This document shows positions 9,857 to 23,144 of a DNA stretch of 36,902 nucleotides, piece after piece. A program made the position numbers and the translations under genes. This DNA comes from Dehalococcoidia bacterium. Lineage in GTDB: Bacteria > Chloroflexota > Dehalococcoidia > SZUA-161. How positions within the stretch are numbered: position 1 is the first letter of the stretch; each line of letters starts with the position of its first letter. The DNA lies in assembly GCA_014859215.1 (NCBI GenBank), contig JACUUS010000003.1:1-36902 (forward strand), read 5' to 3'. The notes beneath the pieces were generated by a model. That model had not been told where the DNA came from, ran no database searches, and saw only the letters and a program-made list of their open reading frames with translations.

Positions 9857-11131
9857 TCAGGGACGGACCTGGCCGCTCCCAAATATGATCCATTTGTAGG
9901 TGGTCAATTCCTTAAGCCCGAGTGGGCCTCGGGCGTGCATCTTCTGAGTGCTGATTCCAACCTCAGCGCCAAGGCCGAACTGGCCGCCGTCAGTAAAACG
10001 GGTGCTCGCATTTACGTAGACACACGCGGCGTCCGCTTCGTCGAGAAATCTCATTGCAGATGTGTAGTCTTCCGTGACGATTGCTTCGGAATGGCCCGAA
10101 CCGTATTTGGCAATGTGTTCAAGGGCTTGATCCAGTGAATCCACCACTCTGACACCTGCTATTAGCGCGAGAAACTCTTTTCCCCAGTCCTGTTCCGTGG
10201 CCGGAACCGCATTAACTGAGGGCAAAGCTCCGATAATTGCCAGTGAACGCTCGTCACAGTGCATCTCAACTCCCGCCTTGCTCCACTCCCTGGCGATTAT
10301 GGGGAGAAAACGGTCTGCAATGTCACGGTGGATTAGGAGAGTATCAAGGGCATTGCACACCGTGGGGCGCTGGACCTTTGCGTTATAGGCAATCGAGACT
10401 GATTTTTCGAGATCAGCACTCCGGTCCACATATGTATGGCAGACCCCGATCCCACCGGTAAGCACAGGCATGGAAGCGTTCTCGGCAACGTACCTGATCA
10501 AATCAGCGCCGCCGCGGGGGACAACAAGGTCAATAGCATTCCTCATCTTGAGCATATGGGTTATCAGGACGCGATCACTGGATTCGATAAACTGGATAGA
10601 ACCCTCGGGAATCCCGGCACTATATGCGCTCTCCTGTATGATTCTTGAAAGGGCGAGATTTGAGTTCCTGGCCTCTTTGCCTCCCCGGAGTATCACCGCG
10701 TTGCCGGATTTCAGGCACAATACCGCTATATCGACTGTGACATTGGGCCGGCTTTCATATATCGCCCCAATCACCCCCAGGGGCACCCGGCGTTTGCCGA
10801 TCTGGAGTCCGTTGGCTAGAGTACGCATATCCAGAATCTCGCCGACAGGGTCAGGCAGTGAGGAGACACTTCTCACGTCTGCCGCTGTTGCCCTGATTCG
10901 ATCAGCAGTCAGCAAAAGTCGGTCAAGCAACGCGGCGCTCATACCCGCTTTCTCACCGTCGCGATAATCTTTGCCGTTGGCTCCGCGAATCTCATCTTCC
11001 CGTTTCTCGAGCTCGTCGGCTATGAGCAGCAATGCTTTGTTCTTCACATGAGTGGAGAGATATGCCAGTTTTTTTGATGCGTTCTTCGCCGCCAGGGCTT
11101 TGACTTCAATTTCGTAGGGTGTTGATTGCAT
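9857..11131 (-). CDS. proA: Gamma-glutamyl phosphate reductase
   Basis: IYESRPNVT, LRGGKEA, PTVCNALDTLL, NASTRFTDG and STQKMHARGP. Confidence 0.97.
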   Translation of the reverse strand: MQSTPYEIEVKALAAKNASKKLAYLSTHVKNKALLLIADELEKREDEIRGANGKDYRDGEKAGMSAALLDRLLLTADRIRATAADVRSVSSLPDPVGEILDMRTLANGLQIGKRRVPLGVIGAIYESRPNVTVDIAVLCLKSGNAVILRGGKEARNSNLALSRIIQESAYSAGIPEGSIQFIESSDRVLITHMLKMRNAIDLVVPRGGADLIRYVAENASMPVLTGGIGVCHTYVDRSADLEKSVSIAYNAKVQRPTVCNALDTLLIHRDIADRFLPIIAREWSKAGVEMHCDERSLAIIGALPSVNAVPATEQDWGKEFLALIAGVRVVDSLDQALEHIAKYGSGHSEAIVTEDYTSAMRFLDEADAACVYVNASTRFTDGGQFGLGAEVGISTQKMHARGPLGLKELTTYKWIIFGSGQVRP

Positions 11132-11148
11132 CGTGGTTCCTCTCTGGC

Positions 11149-12261
11149 TCAGAGAATCACGAGATTATCACGGTGAACGATTTCCGTTCCGTATTCGTAA
11201 CCGAGCCGCTCCATGATCTTGTCAGAATGGGACCCCCTGATGACCTCGATCTCGTCTGAACTATAGCTGGAGATGCCGCAGGCTATCTTCTCCTCGGTCC
11301 GAGAATCAAGGATGCTTACAATATCCCCTCGTTCGAAGCGTCCCCGCGTACCATCGATCCCGACCGGAAGCAAGCTCTTGTTCTGAAGCCGCAGAGCCTT
11401 GACAGCCCCGGAGTCGATAAGGACCATGCCTCTCGATATCTGGCTGAGCAACCAGCGTTTTCGGCTTTCGAGCTTTGTCGAAGTGGGCTGAAAGAAGGTT
11501 CCGTGACTTTCGCCGCTGATCAGTTTTTGAAGTATTTCCGGTTCCCGGCCGCCTGCTATTATCACCGCTATACCCGATGCCGTCGCCAGCTTTGCCGCCT
11601 CGATCTTGGTGGCCATGCCGCCCGTGCCGCGCATGCTGTGACTCAGATGGGCTAATCCTTCTACCGCAGCGTCTATTCGGTCCACTCGTGAAACCAGCTT
11701 CGCTGATGGTTCCAGATGCGGATCAGCGTCAAATAGTCCTCCAGTGTCAGTCAGAAGCACCAACAGGTCTGCGTCGGTCAGTATAGCGACCAGGGCTGAC
11801 AAGGTATCATTATCGCCGAAAACCGCATCTTCAATTTCTTCGACTGCTACAACGTCATTTTCATTTACTATTGGGATTACACCAAGCCTGAGCAACGCCA
11901 ACAGGGTATTGCGCGCATTCAGGTAGCTGTGCCGGTGGGTGAAATCATTTCTCGTTAGAAGTGTTTGCGCGATCGTGATTTCGTGCCAGGTGAACAACTG
12001 GTCATAGGCATCCATCAGCCGGCTTTGCCCAACCGCCGCCAACACCTGTCTGAAAGGCACGTTCTTATCTTCCTGAACGTGTTTCAGACGCTGCCTGCCT
12101 GCCGCGATTGCCCCCGACGAGACAACCACCAGTTCCAGCCCCCGGGCATGAAGCCTGGCGATCTGGCCCACAAGAGATGACATTGTCTCGAGGTTGAGGT
12201 GATCGCTCCCGCCGGTGAGCAGATTGGTACCCAGCTTGACTACAACGCGATGATGGTCCAT
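11149..12261 (-). CDS. proB: Glutamate 5-kinase with PUA domain
   Basis: VVVKLGT, VSSGAIAAG, PIVNEND, FGDNDTL, GTGGMATK and VHRDNLV. ATG 12261 preferred because GTG 12273 lies only 3 nt below the -10 box (12282-12277). Confidence 0.96.
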   Translation of the reverse strand: MDHHRVVVKLGTNLLTGGSDHLNLETMSSLVGQIARLHARGLELVVVSSGAIAAGRQRLKHVQEDKNVPFRQVLAAVGQSRLMDAYDQLFTWHEITIAQTLLTRNDFTHRHSYLNARNTLLALLRLGVIPIVNENDVVAVEEIEDAVFGDNDTLSALVAILTDADLLVLLTDTGGLFDADPHLEPSAKLVSRVDRIDAAVEGLAHLSHSMRGTGGMATKIEAAKLATASGIAVIIAGGREPEILQKLISGESHGTFFQPTSTKLESRKRWLLSQISRGMVLIDSGAVKALRLQNKSLLPVGIDGTRGRFERGDIVSILDSRTEEKIACGISSYSSDEIEVIRGSHSDKIMERLGYEYGTEIVHRDNLVIL

Positions 12262-12325
12262 GGGGGCTCGCACTCAATTATAGCACCGGGAACAGGCGAA
12301 CAACAGCCGGTGGCTTGTTGGGGAA

Positions 12326-13588
12326 TCAGTAGTCCCTTGACATAGTGGCCAGGAACTCGGCATTCGAAGGCGTCTTTGTGAGCCTCTCAAGTATCTTCTC
12401 CGTAGCCTCGGTGGGGTTAACAGAGTTGGCGCTGATTAAGCCAGCCATCCTCCTGAGCACCCATACCTGTCTAAGGGTATTCTCATCGAGCAGCAGTTCT
12501 TCCTTCCTGGTGCCGCTACGCTGAATGTCTATGGCAGGGAAAATCCTGCGTTCAGCCAGCTTACGGTCAAGATGGAGTTCCATATTGCCTGTGCCCTTGA
12601 ACTCTTCGTAGATTACGTCATCCATCCTGCTCCCTGTATCGACGAGGCAGGTAGCAATGACTGTAAGGCTCCCGCCTTCTTCGGTGTTTCTCGCCGCGCC
12701 GAAGAACCGTTTTGGTGAATAAAGAGCGGCCGGGTCTACACCGCCTGAGAGTGTACGTCCGCTGGAAGGCATTTCCAGGTTGTACGCACGTGTAAGCCTG
12801 GTAATACTGTCGAGCAGGATCGTTACGCCATTCCCCAGCTCCACCAGTCTCTTGGCGCGTTCCAGAGCCACTTCAGCGACCCTGGTGTGTTCTTCAACAG
12901 GCTCATCGAAGGTTGAGGCTATGACCTCGGCATTGACTGATCGCCTCCAGTCCGTTACCTCCTCAGGCCGCTCGCCTATCAGACACACCATCAGGTGAAT
13001 GTCATTGTAGTTAGTCACGATACCATTGGCTATGTGCTTCAGCAGGATGGTCTTCCCCGCCTTCGGAGGCGATACAATAAGCCCTCGCTGGCCGCGGCCT
13101 ATGGGTGATATCAGATTAATTAGTCTAGTCGAGAGATTTGACGGGACTGTCTCAAGGTTAATGATCCGGTCGGGAAAAATCGGTATGAGGCGGTCAAACA
13201 AAGGGCGGCTCTTGGCGGCTTCCGGGTCGAGATTGTTTACGGTCTCAACACGGAGAAGGCTGTGGTACTTCTCGCCTTCTTTCGGCAGCCTTACCTGTCC
13301 GTTGACCACATCGCCTGTACGAAGAGAGAATCTACGTATTTGAGACTGTGACACATAGATGTCAGTCGAGTCCGGGCGGAGGTTACTTTGCCTCAAGAAT
13401 CCGTAGCCGTCGCCCATTATTTCCAGGATTCCCCCTCTGAAGGTGTAACCCTGCTGTTCGGCATTGGCCTGGAGCAGGCGGAGGACCAACTCCTCTTTTT
13501 TCAGAGAGCTGATGCCTGTAATGCCCTGCTCTTTTGCGAATGTGAGCAGCTCATCTCTGGTCTTGGTTTCAAGTTCGGTTATGTTCAT
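12326..13588 (-). CDS. rho: Transcription termination factor Rho
   Basis: [17 protein letters not shown], Walker [18 protein letters not shown] and [11 protein letters not shown]. Confidence 0.98.
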   Translation of the reverse strand: MNITELETKTRDELLTFAKEQGITGISSLKKEELVLRLLQANAEQQGYTFRGGILEIMGDGYGFLRQSNLRPDSTDIYVSQSQIRRFSLRTGDVVNGQVRLPKEGEKYHSLLRVETVNNLDPEAAKSRPLFDRLIPIFPDRIINLETVPSNLSTRLINLISPIGRGQRGLIVSPPKAGKTILLKHIANGIVTNYNDIHLMVCLIGERPEEVTDWRRSVNAEVIASTFDEPVEEHTRVAEVALERAKRLVELGNGVTILLDSITRLTRAYNLEMPSSGRTLSGGVDPAALYSPKRFFGAARNTEEGGSLTVIATCLVDTGSRMDDVIYEEFKGTGNMELHLDRKLAERRIFPAIDIQRSGTRKEELLLDENTLRQVWVLRRMAGLISANSVNPTEATEKILERLTKTPSNAEFLATMSRDY

Positions 13589-13667
13589 AGTTCAACTCCG
13601 TGATTGTATTGGCATAGTTGTCGGGCAAAGACTGACAAGGTGCTTTCGGGTTAAGCGGATAGCAGTC

Positions 13668-14318
13668 TCATGCTTCCTGGCTGCGTCGCCAATCCTCGAT
13701 GAAGCGGGTTATCCCAGCATCAGTGAGCGGATGTTTTATCATCTGCATGAGTACGCTGAACGGGATTGTGGCGACATGTGCACCGGCTTTAGCTGCGGCG
13801 CTGACATGTAAAGGGTGCCTTATGCTGGCGGCTATCACTTCAGTCGATAATCTGTAATAATCGTAAATCGCGACAATTTCTTCGACCAGCGCCATGCCGT
13901 CCTGTCCAACATCGTCAAGCCTGCCCACGAAAGGGCTGACGAAGGCTGCGCCTGCGCTCGCAGCCAGTATCGCCTGATTTAAGGAGAAGCATAATGTGGC
14001 GTTGCACTTTATTCCCTCTCCTGCCAGTGCCGAGATAGCTTCCAAGCCACTTGCTGATATTGGTACCTTGACCACGACGTTAGAGGCCCAGGACGAGATT
14101 CGGCGCGCCTCTTCAATCATGGTGTCGGATTCCAGACTGAGCACTTCAGCACTGATGGGGCCGTCAATTATCGAGGAGATTTCCTGAATAACTGCCTTCG
14201 CATCTTTCCGGTTCTCTTTGGCGATGAGAGTGGGATTAGTAGTTACTCCACTGATTCTTACCAACCGAGCAGCCTTGCGGATTTCTTCGACGTTGGCAGT
14301 ATCCAGGAAGATGCGCAT
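13668..14318 (-). CDS. tal: Transaldolase (short TalC/FSA-like family)
   Basis: [23 protein letters not shown] and AASIRHP; SD AGGAG. Confidence 0.92.
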   Translation of the reverse strand: MRIFLDTANVEEIRKAARLVRISGVTTNPTLIAKENRKDAKAVIQEISSIIDGPISAEVLSLESDTMIEEARRISSWASNVVVKVPISASGLEAISALAGEGIKCNATLCFSLNQAILAASAGAAFVSPFVGRLDDVGQDGMALVEEIVAIYDYYRLSTEVIAASIRHPLHVSAAAKAGAHVATIPFSVLMQMIKHPLTDAGITRFIEDWRRSQEA

Positions 14319-14390
14319 CCAACTCCTACAAATATATCATATGCTGGGACTTTTGTCTATAGAGCAATCTCACCGAGCCCGCATCCGGTC

Positions 14391-16019
14391 TCAGAGAGGC
14401 AAAGGTTGTTGATCGCCTATCCGCAGCGTTTTCATAGCTACTTCAATGAAGTCCCGGAACAATGGATGCGGCCGGTTTGGCCGTGATGCAAACTCAGGAT
14501 GAAACTGAGTCCCGATCATCCACGGGTGGTCCACTATTTCACTGATTTCCACCAGCTTGCCATCGGGAGAGACTCCGCTTGCTCGGAGTCCTCCATCATT
14601 AAGTATGCCTCTGAACTCGTTATTGAACTCGAACCTGTGGCGATGCCGTTCGTAGACTACTGTTGCCCCATAAGCCTGAGCGGCGTGAGATCGAGGATCC
14701 AGATGGCAGGGATACAGCCCGAGCCGCATCGTTCCACCCTTGGAGCAGACTTCTCTCTGGTCAGGCAGCAAGTCTATGACCGGGTACGGCGTCACTTCGT
14801 CGAATTCTCGTGAATTCGGTTTGTTCGATTTCAGGACGTGGCGAGCATATTCAATAACGAGTATGTGCATACCGAGGCATAGACCCAGATAGGGTATTCC
14901 GTTCTCCCGCGCATAGCGAGCTGCGCGAACTTTGCCTTCAATGCCTCGATTGCCGAATCCGCCGGGCACCACTATGCCGCTCGCCGTTCGAAGCAAGGAC
15001 TCGGCGCTCTCTTTCTCGAGGTCTTCGGACTCTATCCAGATCAGATGGAGATCGCGATCATGGAAAAGAGCCGCGTGGCAGAGCGCTTCTTTCACCGAGA
15101 GATAAGCATCCCTCAACTTGATATACTTACCGACCAGGGCAATCGGAACGGGTTCCTTGGGCTTCTTCATCCTGGTCACCAGTTGCCGCCATTCTTGCAG
15201 GTCCTCTTCGACGGCGGGCAACTTCAGCCGGTCAACTATTATTTTCCCCAACCCGGCTTCGTCCAGCACCAGGGGGACTTCGTATATGGTCGAAAGAGTA
15301 GGCAGAGGCACGACGGCCTGCTTGTCAACATCGCAGAACAGGGCTATCTTGTCCTTTATCTCGTCAGTAACCGGGTAATCGCTGCGGCACACTATTACGT
15401 CTGGCTGTATACCAAGGCTGCGCAGTTCCTTGACGCTGTGTTGAGTCGGCTTGGTCTTCAATTCCCCGGTGGACCCTATCCACGGAAGGAGGGTTACGTG
15501 TATGTAGAGCACATTATCGCGGCCGACATCGTTCCTCATCTGCCTGATCGCCTCAAGGAAAGGCTGGCCCTCGATATCTCCGACAGTCCCTCCCACTTCA
15601 ACGATCACGATATCGGCGCCGCTCAGGTCCGCCACTTCGCGGATGCACTTCTTGATCTGGGCGGTCACATGGGGAACGACCTGGATCGTGCCTCCGAGGA
15701 AATCGCCGCGCCTTTCCTTGGCGATTACCGAACTATATATCTGCCCCGTGGTAACACTGGAAGCCTTTGTCAGGTTAGTGTCCATGAAACGTTCATAATG
15801 TCCCAGATCGAGGTCAGTCTCGGCGCCGTCTTCGGTGACGAAGACTTCTCCGTGTTGGAAAGGAGACATGGTTCCAGGATCGACGTTGAGGTAGGGATCC
15901 AGTTTCTGGGCTGTAACGGCCAGTTTATAGCCTTTGAGGAGGCGTCCTACGGAAGCGGCGACTATTCCCTTACCGACTGAGCTAACTACGCCGCCCGTAA
16001 CGAATATATATTTTGCCAT
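14391..16019 (-). CDS. pyrG: CTP synthase
   Basis: [47 protein letters not shown] and QFHPEF. Confidence 0.98.
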   Translation of the reverse strand: MAKYIFVTGGVVSSVGKGIVAASVGRLLKGYKLAVTAQKLDPYLNVDPGTMSPFQHGEVFVTEDGAETDLDLGHYERFMDTNLTKASSVTTGQIYSSVIAKERRGDFLGGTIQVVPHVTAQIKKCIREVADLSGADIVIVEVGGTVGDIEGQPFLEAIRQMRNDVGRDNVLYIHVTLLPWIGSTGELKTKPTQHSVKELRSLGIQPDVIVCRSDYPVTDEIKDKIALFCDVDKQAVVPLPTLSTIYEVPLVLDEAGLGKIIVDRLKLPAVEEDLQEWRQLVTRMKKPKEPVPIALVGKYIKLRDAYLSVKEALCHAALFHDRDLHLIWIESEDLEKESAESLLRTASGIVVPGGFGNRGIEGKVRAARYARENGIPYLGLCLGMHILVIEYARHVLKSNKPNSREFDEVTPYPVIDLLPDQREVCSKGGTMRLGLYPCHLDPRSHAAQAYGATVVYERHRHRFEFNNEFRGILNDGGLRASGVSPDGKLVEISEIVDHPWMIGTQFHPEFASRPNRPHPLFRDFIEVAMKTLRIGDQQPLPL

Positions 16020-16036
16020 ACAGACTTACATACCAA

Positions 16037-16102
16037 TAAATAGCATAAAATCAGGTCATTGTCAAAGACCTTTTGTAATCTGGCCCTTTACTATAATATA
16101 CT
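16037..16102. promoter_or_regulatory. Divergent pyrG / ligA promoters
   Basis: Minus strand: TTGACA (16065-16060), 17 nt, TATTTA with TGn extension. Plus strand: TTGTAA (16073-16078) with TATAAT/TATACT at 16092-16102. Confidence 0.5.
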
Positions 16103-16150
16103 AAATCTGGTAGGTATGGTTCGAACTCGATTCTGATTCAGGTGAGGTAA

Positions 16151-18789
<2,639 letters not shown>

Positions 18790-18792
18790 GTT

Positions 18793-18821
18793 TTGGGTAC
18801 ACTCAAAGGGTTTGATATAAT
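18793..18821 (+). promoter_or_regulatory. mfd promoter (extended -10)
   Basis: TTGGGT, 17 nt, TATAAT (18816-18821) preceded by TGn. Confidence 0.55.
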
Positions 18822-18866
18822 GGTTTACAGGGCTAGTCGTTGCGGCTAGCCCTTGGAGCGTTTGTG

Positions 18867-21800
18867 GTGAATTTGTCCGGAGTCTTGAGTCTAACCGAGA
18901 ATATCCCTTTGTTTGCAGGGCTAGCCAGCGGCCTGGCCAGGGGTGGGGAATCAAGAGCAGGGATACCTCGCGCTCCGCGCGCATTCCTCCTGGCCGGGCT
19001 TTACAGGCAGCTTCGTCGCCCGGTGCTCGTGATTACGCCCAGAGGAGAACGGGCCAGGCAGCTTTTCGAGGAAGTCCCTGTATGGCTCGGTGACAGAGCG
19101 CCTGTATACCTGTTTCCCGAACCGGATGCCCTGCCGTACGAGCAGCTTTCGTCCGATTGTCATACTGTGCATGAGAGGGTCAGGGTGCTCGCCGGATTAT
19201 GCAGGCGGCAGGATACCCCGTTCATTGTCGCTTCCGCTTACGCGGTCGCCAGGAAGACTGTCGCGGCGGAGGCTGTGGCAGCCTCATGTCAGCGATTGAG
19301 AGTGAGATCAAGAGTCAATCTGGACCGGTTGCTATCTGCCTGGACCCGGCTTGGATACGAGGCTGAAAGCAAAGTAGACATACCGGGCACTTTCAGTCAC
19401 CGCGGAGGCATCATTGATATCTACCCGCCCGACAGCAAAATGCCCGTCAGAATCGAGCTTTCTGGCAATGAGGTGGAGAGCCTGCGTTTCTATGACCCGG
19501 TGAGTCAGCGCTCGACCTGCACCATATCCGAAATAGATATCGTCCCCGTCCGAGAATTGCTTGTCGGAGACTCCGAATTACAGGAGCGCGTCAGTGAACT
19601 GGACCTTACGAGCCTCAACGACGAGGCCGCCTCGAGATTCTCGGGGCATGCGGGCCGGGCCTGCGGTCGCTGGTTCGACAACCTGGACATATTGAGTTCT
19701 CTGGTCCATGACAGTCCTTTTCTCGATTACTTGCCGTCAAACGCGCTTCTTGTGCTGGACGAGCCGGATGCGATAGATGCTGCCATGACCGAACTTGATG
19801 CGAAAGCCAGCGAAATGCGCGATGTTCAGACGGAACGTGGAGAAATGCCGTCTGATTTCCCGGTCCCTTATTTCAAATGGCCTGAGATTCAGTCCCTCGC
19901 CAACAGGTTCGAACACAGACTTGCCCTGGAGCAATGGGGGGGCGGAGATGACGGCATGGGCGGCTTCAATTCCGTTCCGGGTTACGGCGGGCAAGTGCAA
20001 GGATTTCTCGACGAGGTAAAACTAGCCAGGAGCAGGCCGGGGCGGATTATAGTCGTCTCTCAGCAAGCGGGGCGGCTTTCCGAACTGTTTGCGGAGAATG
20101 ATACCTATGTTGCGCCTGTTAAGGATATGACGGCCCCACCCCCTGAAGGCTCCATAACCCTCGTACATGGCAGCTTGAACGATGGCTGGACCATGGATGG
20201 AGACAGCCCGCTTACGGTCATCACTGATCACGACATCTTCGGGTTTGTAAGGAAACGCAGGGCGTCGCACAAGCGTCCTATCCACCATGACGAACTGCTG
20301 GCCGAACTACGCCCGGGAGATTACGTTGTCCACGTGGATCACGGAATCGCCCGTTTCTCAGGCGTAACCAACCTGGAAGTAGATATGGCGGCGAAAGAGT
20401 ACCTCATCCTTGAGTATGCTGCAGGAGATAAGCTCTATGTCCCGAATGATCAGATTGATCGCGTCGCGAGGTACATAGGTCCTGGTGGTTATGAGCCTGC
20501 TCTAAGCCGACTGGGAACACAGGAGTGGCAGCGGGCAAAGCAGAGAGTCAAGGAAGCAGCCGTCGAGCTGGCAGGAGAGCTTCTTGCTCTCTACAGCGCC
20601 CGGCAGCTCGCGGAGGGGTTGTCTTTCCCGCCTGATACAGTCTGGCAGCAGGAGCTTGAAGCTTCATTCCCTTACCTGGAGACATCTGATCAGCTCAAGG
20701 CCGTTGAGGAAGTCAAGGAAGACATGGAGAAGGCCCAGCCCATGGACCGGCTGGTATGCGGCGATGTGGGTTATGGAAAGACTGAGGTCGCGATCCGTGC
20801 CGCCTTTAAGGCGGTTACGAACGACATGCAGGTGGCGATGCTGGTTCCAACCACAGTGCTGGCCCGACAGCACGTCACTACTTTCAGAGAGCGGATGGCG
20901 GCTTTTCCTATCAGGATCGAATCATTGAGCCGGCTTCGTTCCCCCAAAAAACAGAGGCAAACCGTGCAGGCCCTGGTAAACGGCGCTGTCGACATCTGCA
21001 TCGGCACACATCGCCTTCTCCAGAAGGACGTTTCCTTCAAGAATCTGGGACTGGTAATCATCGATGAAGAGCAAAGGTTCGGAGTCGCACACAAGGAGAG
21101 GCTGAAGCAGCTTAGAAAAGAAGTCGACGTACTAACCCTTAGCGCCACCCCTATCCCCCGCACCTTGCACATGGGATTGGTCGGCATACGGGACATGAGC
21201 TGCATGGAGACTCCACCCGAGGAACGCCTGCCCATTAAGACCTTCGTGGGCTCGCTCAACGATAGGACTGTGCGTGAGGCTATCCTTAGAGAGCTTGACC
21301 GTAACGGCCAGGTCTTCTATGTCTACAATCGAGTTCAGAAAATCGGCCGGGTGGCCCGGCACCTTCAGGAACTTGTTCCCGAAGCAAAAGTGGGGATCGG
21401 ACACGGGCAGATGCCGGAGGAGGCTCTGGAATCGGTTATGCTCGACTTCGCTGATGGAAAGATAGACATCCTCGTGTGTACAACTATTATCGAATCGGGC
21501 CTTGATCTGCCCAATGTTAATACATTGATTGTCGAAGACGCCGATCGACTTGGCCTCACCCAGCTTTACCAGCTGCGAGGCAGGGTCGGACGAGGCGCAG
21601 CCCGGGCATATGCGTACTTCTTCTATAGCGGCGGCAAGCAGCTTACTGATACCGCCCAGAAAAGACTGAGGACGATCTACGAAGCTACCGAACTCGGCGC
21701 CGGTTTCCAGATAGCGATGAAGGACCTGGAAATCCGCGGAGCGGGAAATGTACTCGGCCCGGAGCAAAGCGGGCACATGGGAGCCGTAGGATACGATCTT

Positions 21801-22373
21801 TATACCAGGCTCTTGTCCGAAGCTATATCCGAGGTGAAAGGGAGAGACCGGGAAAAAGTCCCTGAACCAGTTGCGGCCTCGGTCAACCTGCCTGTACCGG
21901 CTTACATACCTGAAGAGTATGTGAGCGATCTGAGCACACGCATGTCCCTGTACCTGAAGCTCTCCAGGGTCAGGTCCCTGGACGAGCTGTCGGACCTTGA
22001 AACTGAGTTCAGAGACCGTTTTGGCGGCATACCGCCACAGGTGGCCGATCTCTTTTTCCTTGTCCGGGCAAAGACGCGCGCAACGGTTGCCGGCATCCGT
22101 GAGGTATCCTGGGACGGGGGGCAGGTAGTACTGAAGATGGCGCCGGGAGTTGACGTCAGCAGGTCAGCCCTGCAGCAGTACTTCGCAGACAGGGTCAAGG
22201 TGGGCCCCAGACAGGTGCGGCTGTACGCCAGGCGGGCCGGCAAGGACTGGAGAAAGACGCTGGAGCGGCTGATTGAGACTATTATAAAGGCCAGGGACGG
22301 CGCTGTTCCCCTGTCGGTCGAGGCGGCTCCTGTTCGGCATGGATCGCACGGCACAGCTCCTGACCAGGTTTAG
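18867..22373 (+). CDS. mfd: Transcription-repair coupling factor
   Basis: UvrB-like N-terminus, YVVHVDHGIARF, GDVGYGKTEV, DEEQRFGV, SATPIPRT, QLRGRVGR, DLEIRGAGN and TRCF domain. GTG 18867 follows GGAG; start is approximate. Confidence 0.97.
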   Translation: MNLSGVLSLTENIPLFAGLASGLARGGESRAGIPRAPRAFLLAGLYRQLRRPVLVITPRGERARQLFEEVPVWLGDRAPVYLFPEPDALPYEQLSSDCHTVHERVRVLAGLCRRQDTPFIVASAYAVARKTVAAEAVAASCQRLRVRSRVNLDRLLSAWTRLGYEAESKVDIPGTFSHRGGIIDIYPPDSKMPVRIELSGNEVESLRFYDPVSQRSTCTISEIDIVPVRELLVGDSELQERVSELDLTSLNDEAASRFSGHAGRACGRWFDNLDILSSLVHDSPFLDYLPSNALLVLDEPDAIDAAMTELDAKASEMRDVQTERGEMPSDFPVPYFKWPEIQSLANRFEHRLALEQWGGGDDGMGGFNSVPGYGGQVQGFLDEVKLARSRPGRIIVVSQQAGRLSELFAENDTYVAPVKDMTAPPPEGSITLVHGSLNDGWTMDGDSPLTVITDHDIFGFVRKRRASHKRPIHHDELLAELRPGDYVVHVDHGIARFSGVTNLEVDMAAKEYLILEYAAGDKLYVPNDQIDRVARYIGPGGYEPALSRLGTQEWQRAKQRVKEAAVELAGELLALYSARQLAEGLSFPPDTVWQQELEASFPYLETSDQLKAVEEVKEDMEKAQPMDRLVCGDVGYGKTEVAIRAAFKAVTNDMQVAMLVPTTVLARQHVTTFRERMAAFPIRIESLSRLRSPKKQRQTVQALVNGAVDICIGTHRLLQKDVSFKNLGLVIIDEEQRFGVAHKERLKQLRKEVDVLTLSATPIPRTLHMGLVGIRDMSCMETPPEERLPIKTFVGSLNDRTVREAILRELDRNGQVFYVYNRVQKIGRVARHLQELVPEAKVGIGHGQMPEEALESVMLDFADGKIDILVCTTIIESGLDLPNVNTLIVEDADRLGLTQLYQLRGRVGRGAARAYAYFFYSGGKQLTDTAQKRLRTIYEATELGAGFQIAMKDLEIRGAGNVLGPEQSGHMGAVGYDLYTRLLSEAISEVKGRDREKVPEPVAASVNLPVPAYIPEEYVSDLSTRMSLYLKLSRVRSLDELSDLETEFRDRFGGIPPQVADLFFLVRAKTRATVAGIREVSWDGGQVVLKMAPGVDVSRSALQQYFADRVKVGPRQVRLYARRAGKDWRKTLERLIETIIKARDGAVPLSVEAAPVRHGSHGTAPDQV

Positions 22374-23068
22374 TCCAGATAACGCTGCACCTCGGCAAGG
22401 CTCTTTATTCGGGGACAGTCCTCTATCTGCGCCCAGAACCCATCGCGATCAAGGAGCAGAGCCTTGATCCCTACGGCCCTGGCCCCAAGGACGTCGGCAT
22501 AGTACTGGTCACCCACATGTAAGGACTCCGAACCGGCTACTCCCGCTTGCTCGAGGGCTTTGAGGAATAGAGGTGCGTGGGGCTTCTCCGCTCCGACTTC
22601 AAGCGAGGTCAATGCGAAGTCAATATAGCCTGTAAGTCCAAGTTCGCGTGTGTATTCGGCGAGGCGCCGTGTCAGGTTCGATATCAGGCCGCGCTTGATT
22701 TGCAGTCTTCTTAACTCGGTGAGGAGCGGGATAACATCTTCGAACAGGACAAGCTTCCGGTCGAGTTGCCTCACCCGCGCCAATATCCGGAAAGCGAGGT
22801 CCCTGTCCACATTTGCGCCCGCTGTTCTGAGCAGGACAGCCTCGTATTCGCCCCAGAAGAGCTGTGCCTCTTCGGGCGTGCGCTTCTGTATTGCTTGCCG
22901 GGCATTCTCCCGGCTCATGTAGTCATCAGCTACGCAATAGCCCAGGGGAATGGCTTTCTTGACCACGTGTATGCCGAACTCCAGGCATGCTTTGGCCTGA
23001 AGTTCCTCTCTGGGGGGATCAAACTTGACAAGCGTATTGTAGAAGTCAAAGAAGACAGCCCTGATCAT
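22370..23068 (-). CDS. HAD-IA family hydrolase
   Basis: FFDFYNTL, ISN, EKPH and HVGDQYYADVLGA; stop codon overlaps the mfd stop. Confidence 0.9.
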   Translation of the reverse strand: MIRAVFFDFYNTLVKFDPPREELQAKACLEFGIHVVKKAIPLGYCVADDYMSRENARQAIQKRTPEEAQLFWGEYEAVLLRTAGANVDRDLAFRILARVRQLDRKLVLFEDVIPLLTELRRLQIKRGLISNLTRRLAEYTRELGLTGYIDFALTSLEVGAEKPHAPLFLKALEQAGVAGSESLHVGDQYYADVLGARAVGIKALLLDRDGFWAQIEDCPRIKSLAEVQRYLD

Positions 23069-23144
23069 TTCTTCAGTTTTGCGGACAGAATTATGTTAGA
23101 ATACATTAGATGGAGTTTAGCATAGTTGGAGTCCTGGCCGCAAA

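Noticed and set aside
15045-15980. 311-aa antisense ORF, and similar ones at 17027-17884, 17746-18984, 8514-9317, 33571-34236 and 35077-35715
   Set aside because: These are shadow frames of well-supported genes with no recognisable motifs or start signals.
16115-16136. GTTCGAACTCGATTC upstream of ligA as a LexA box
   Set aside because: It does not fit the GAAC-N4-GTTC spacing.
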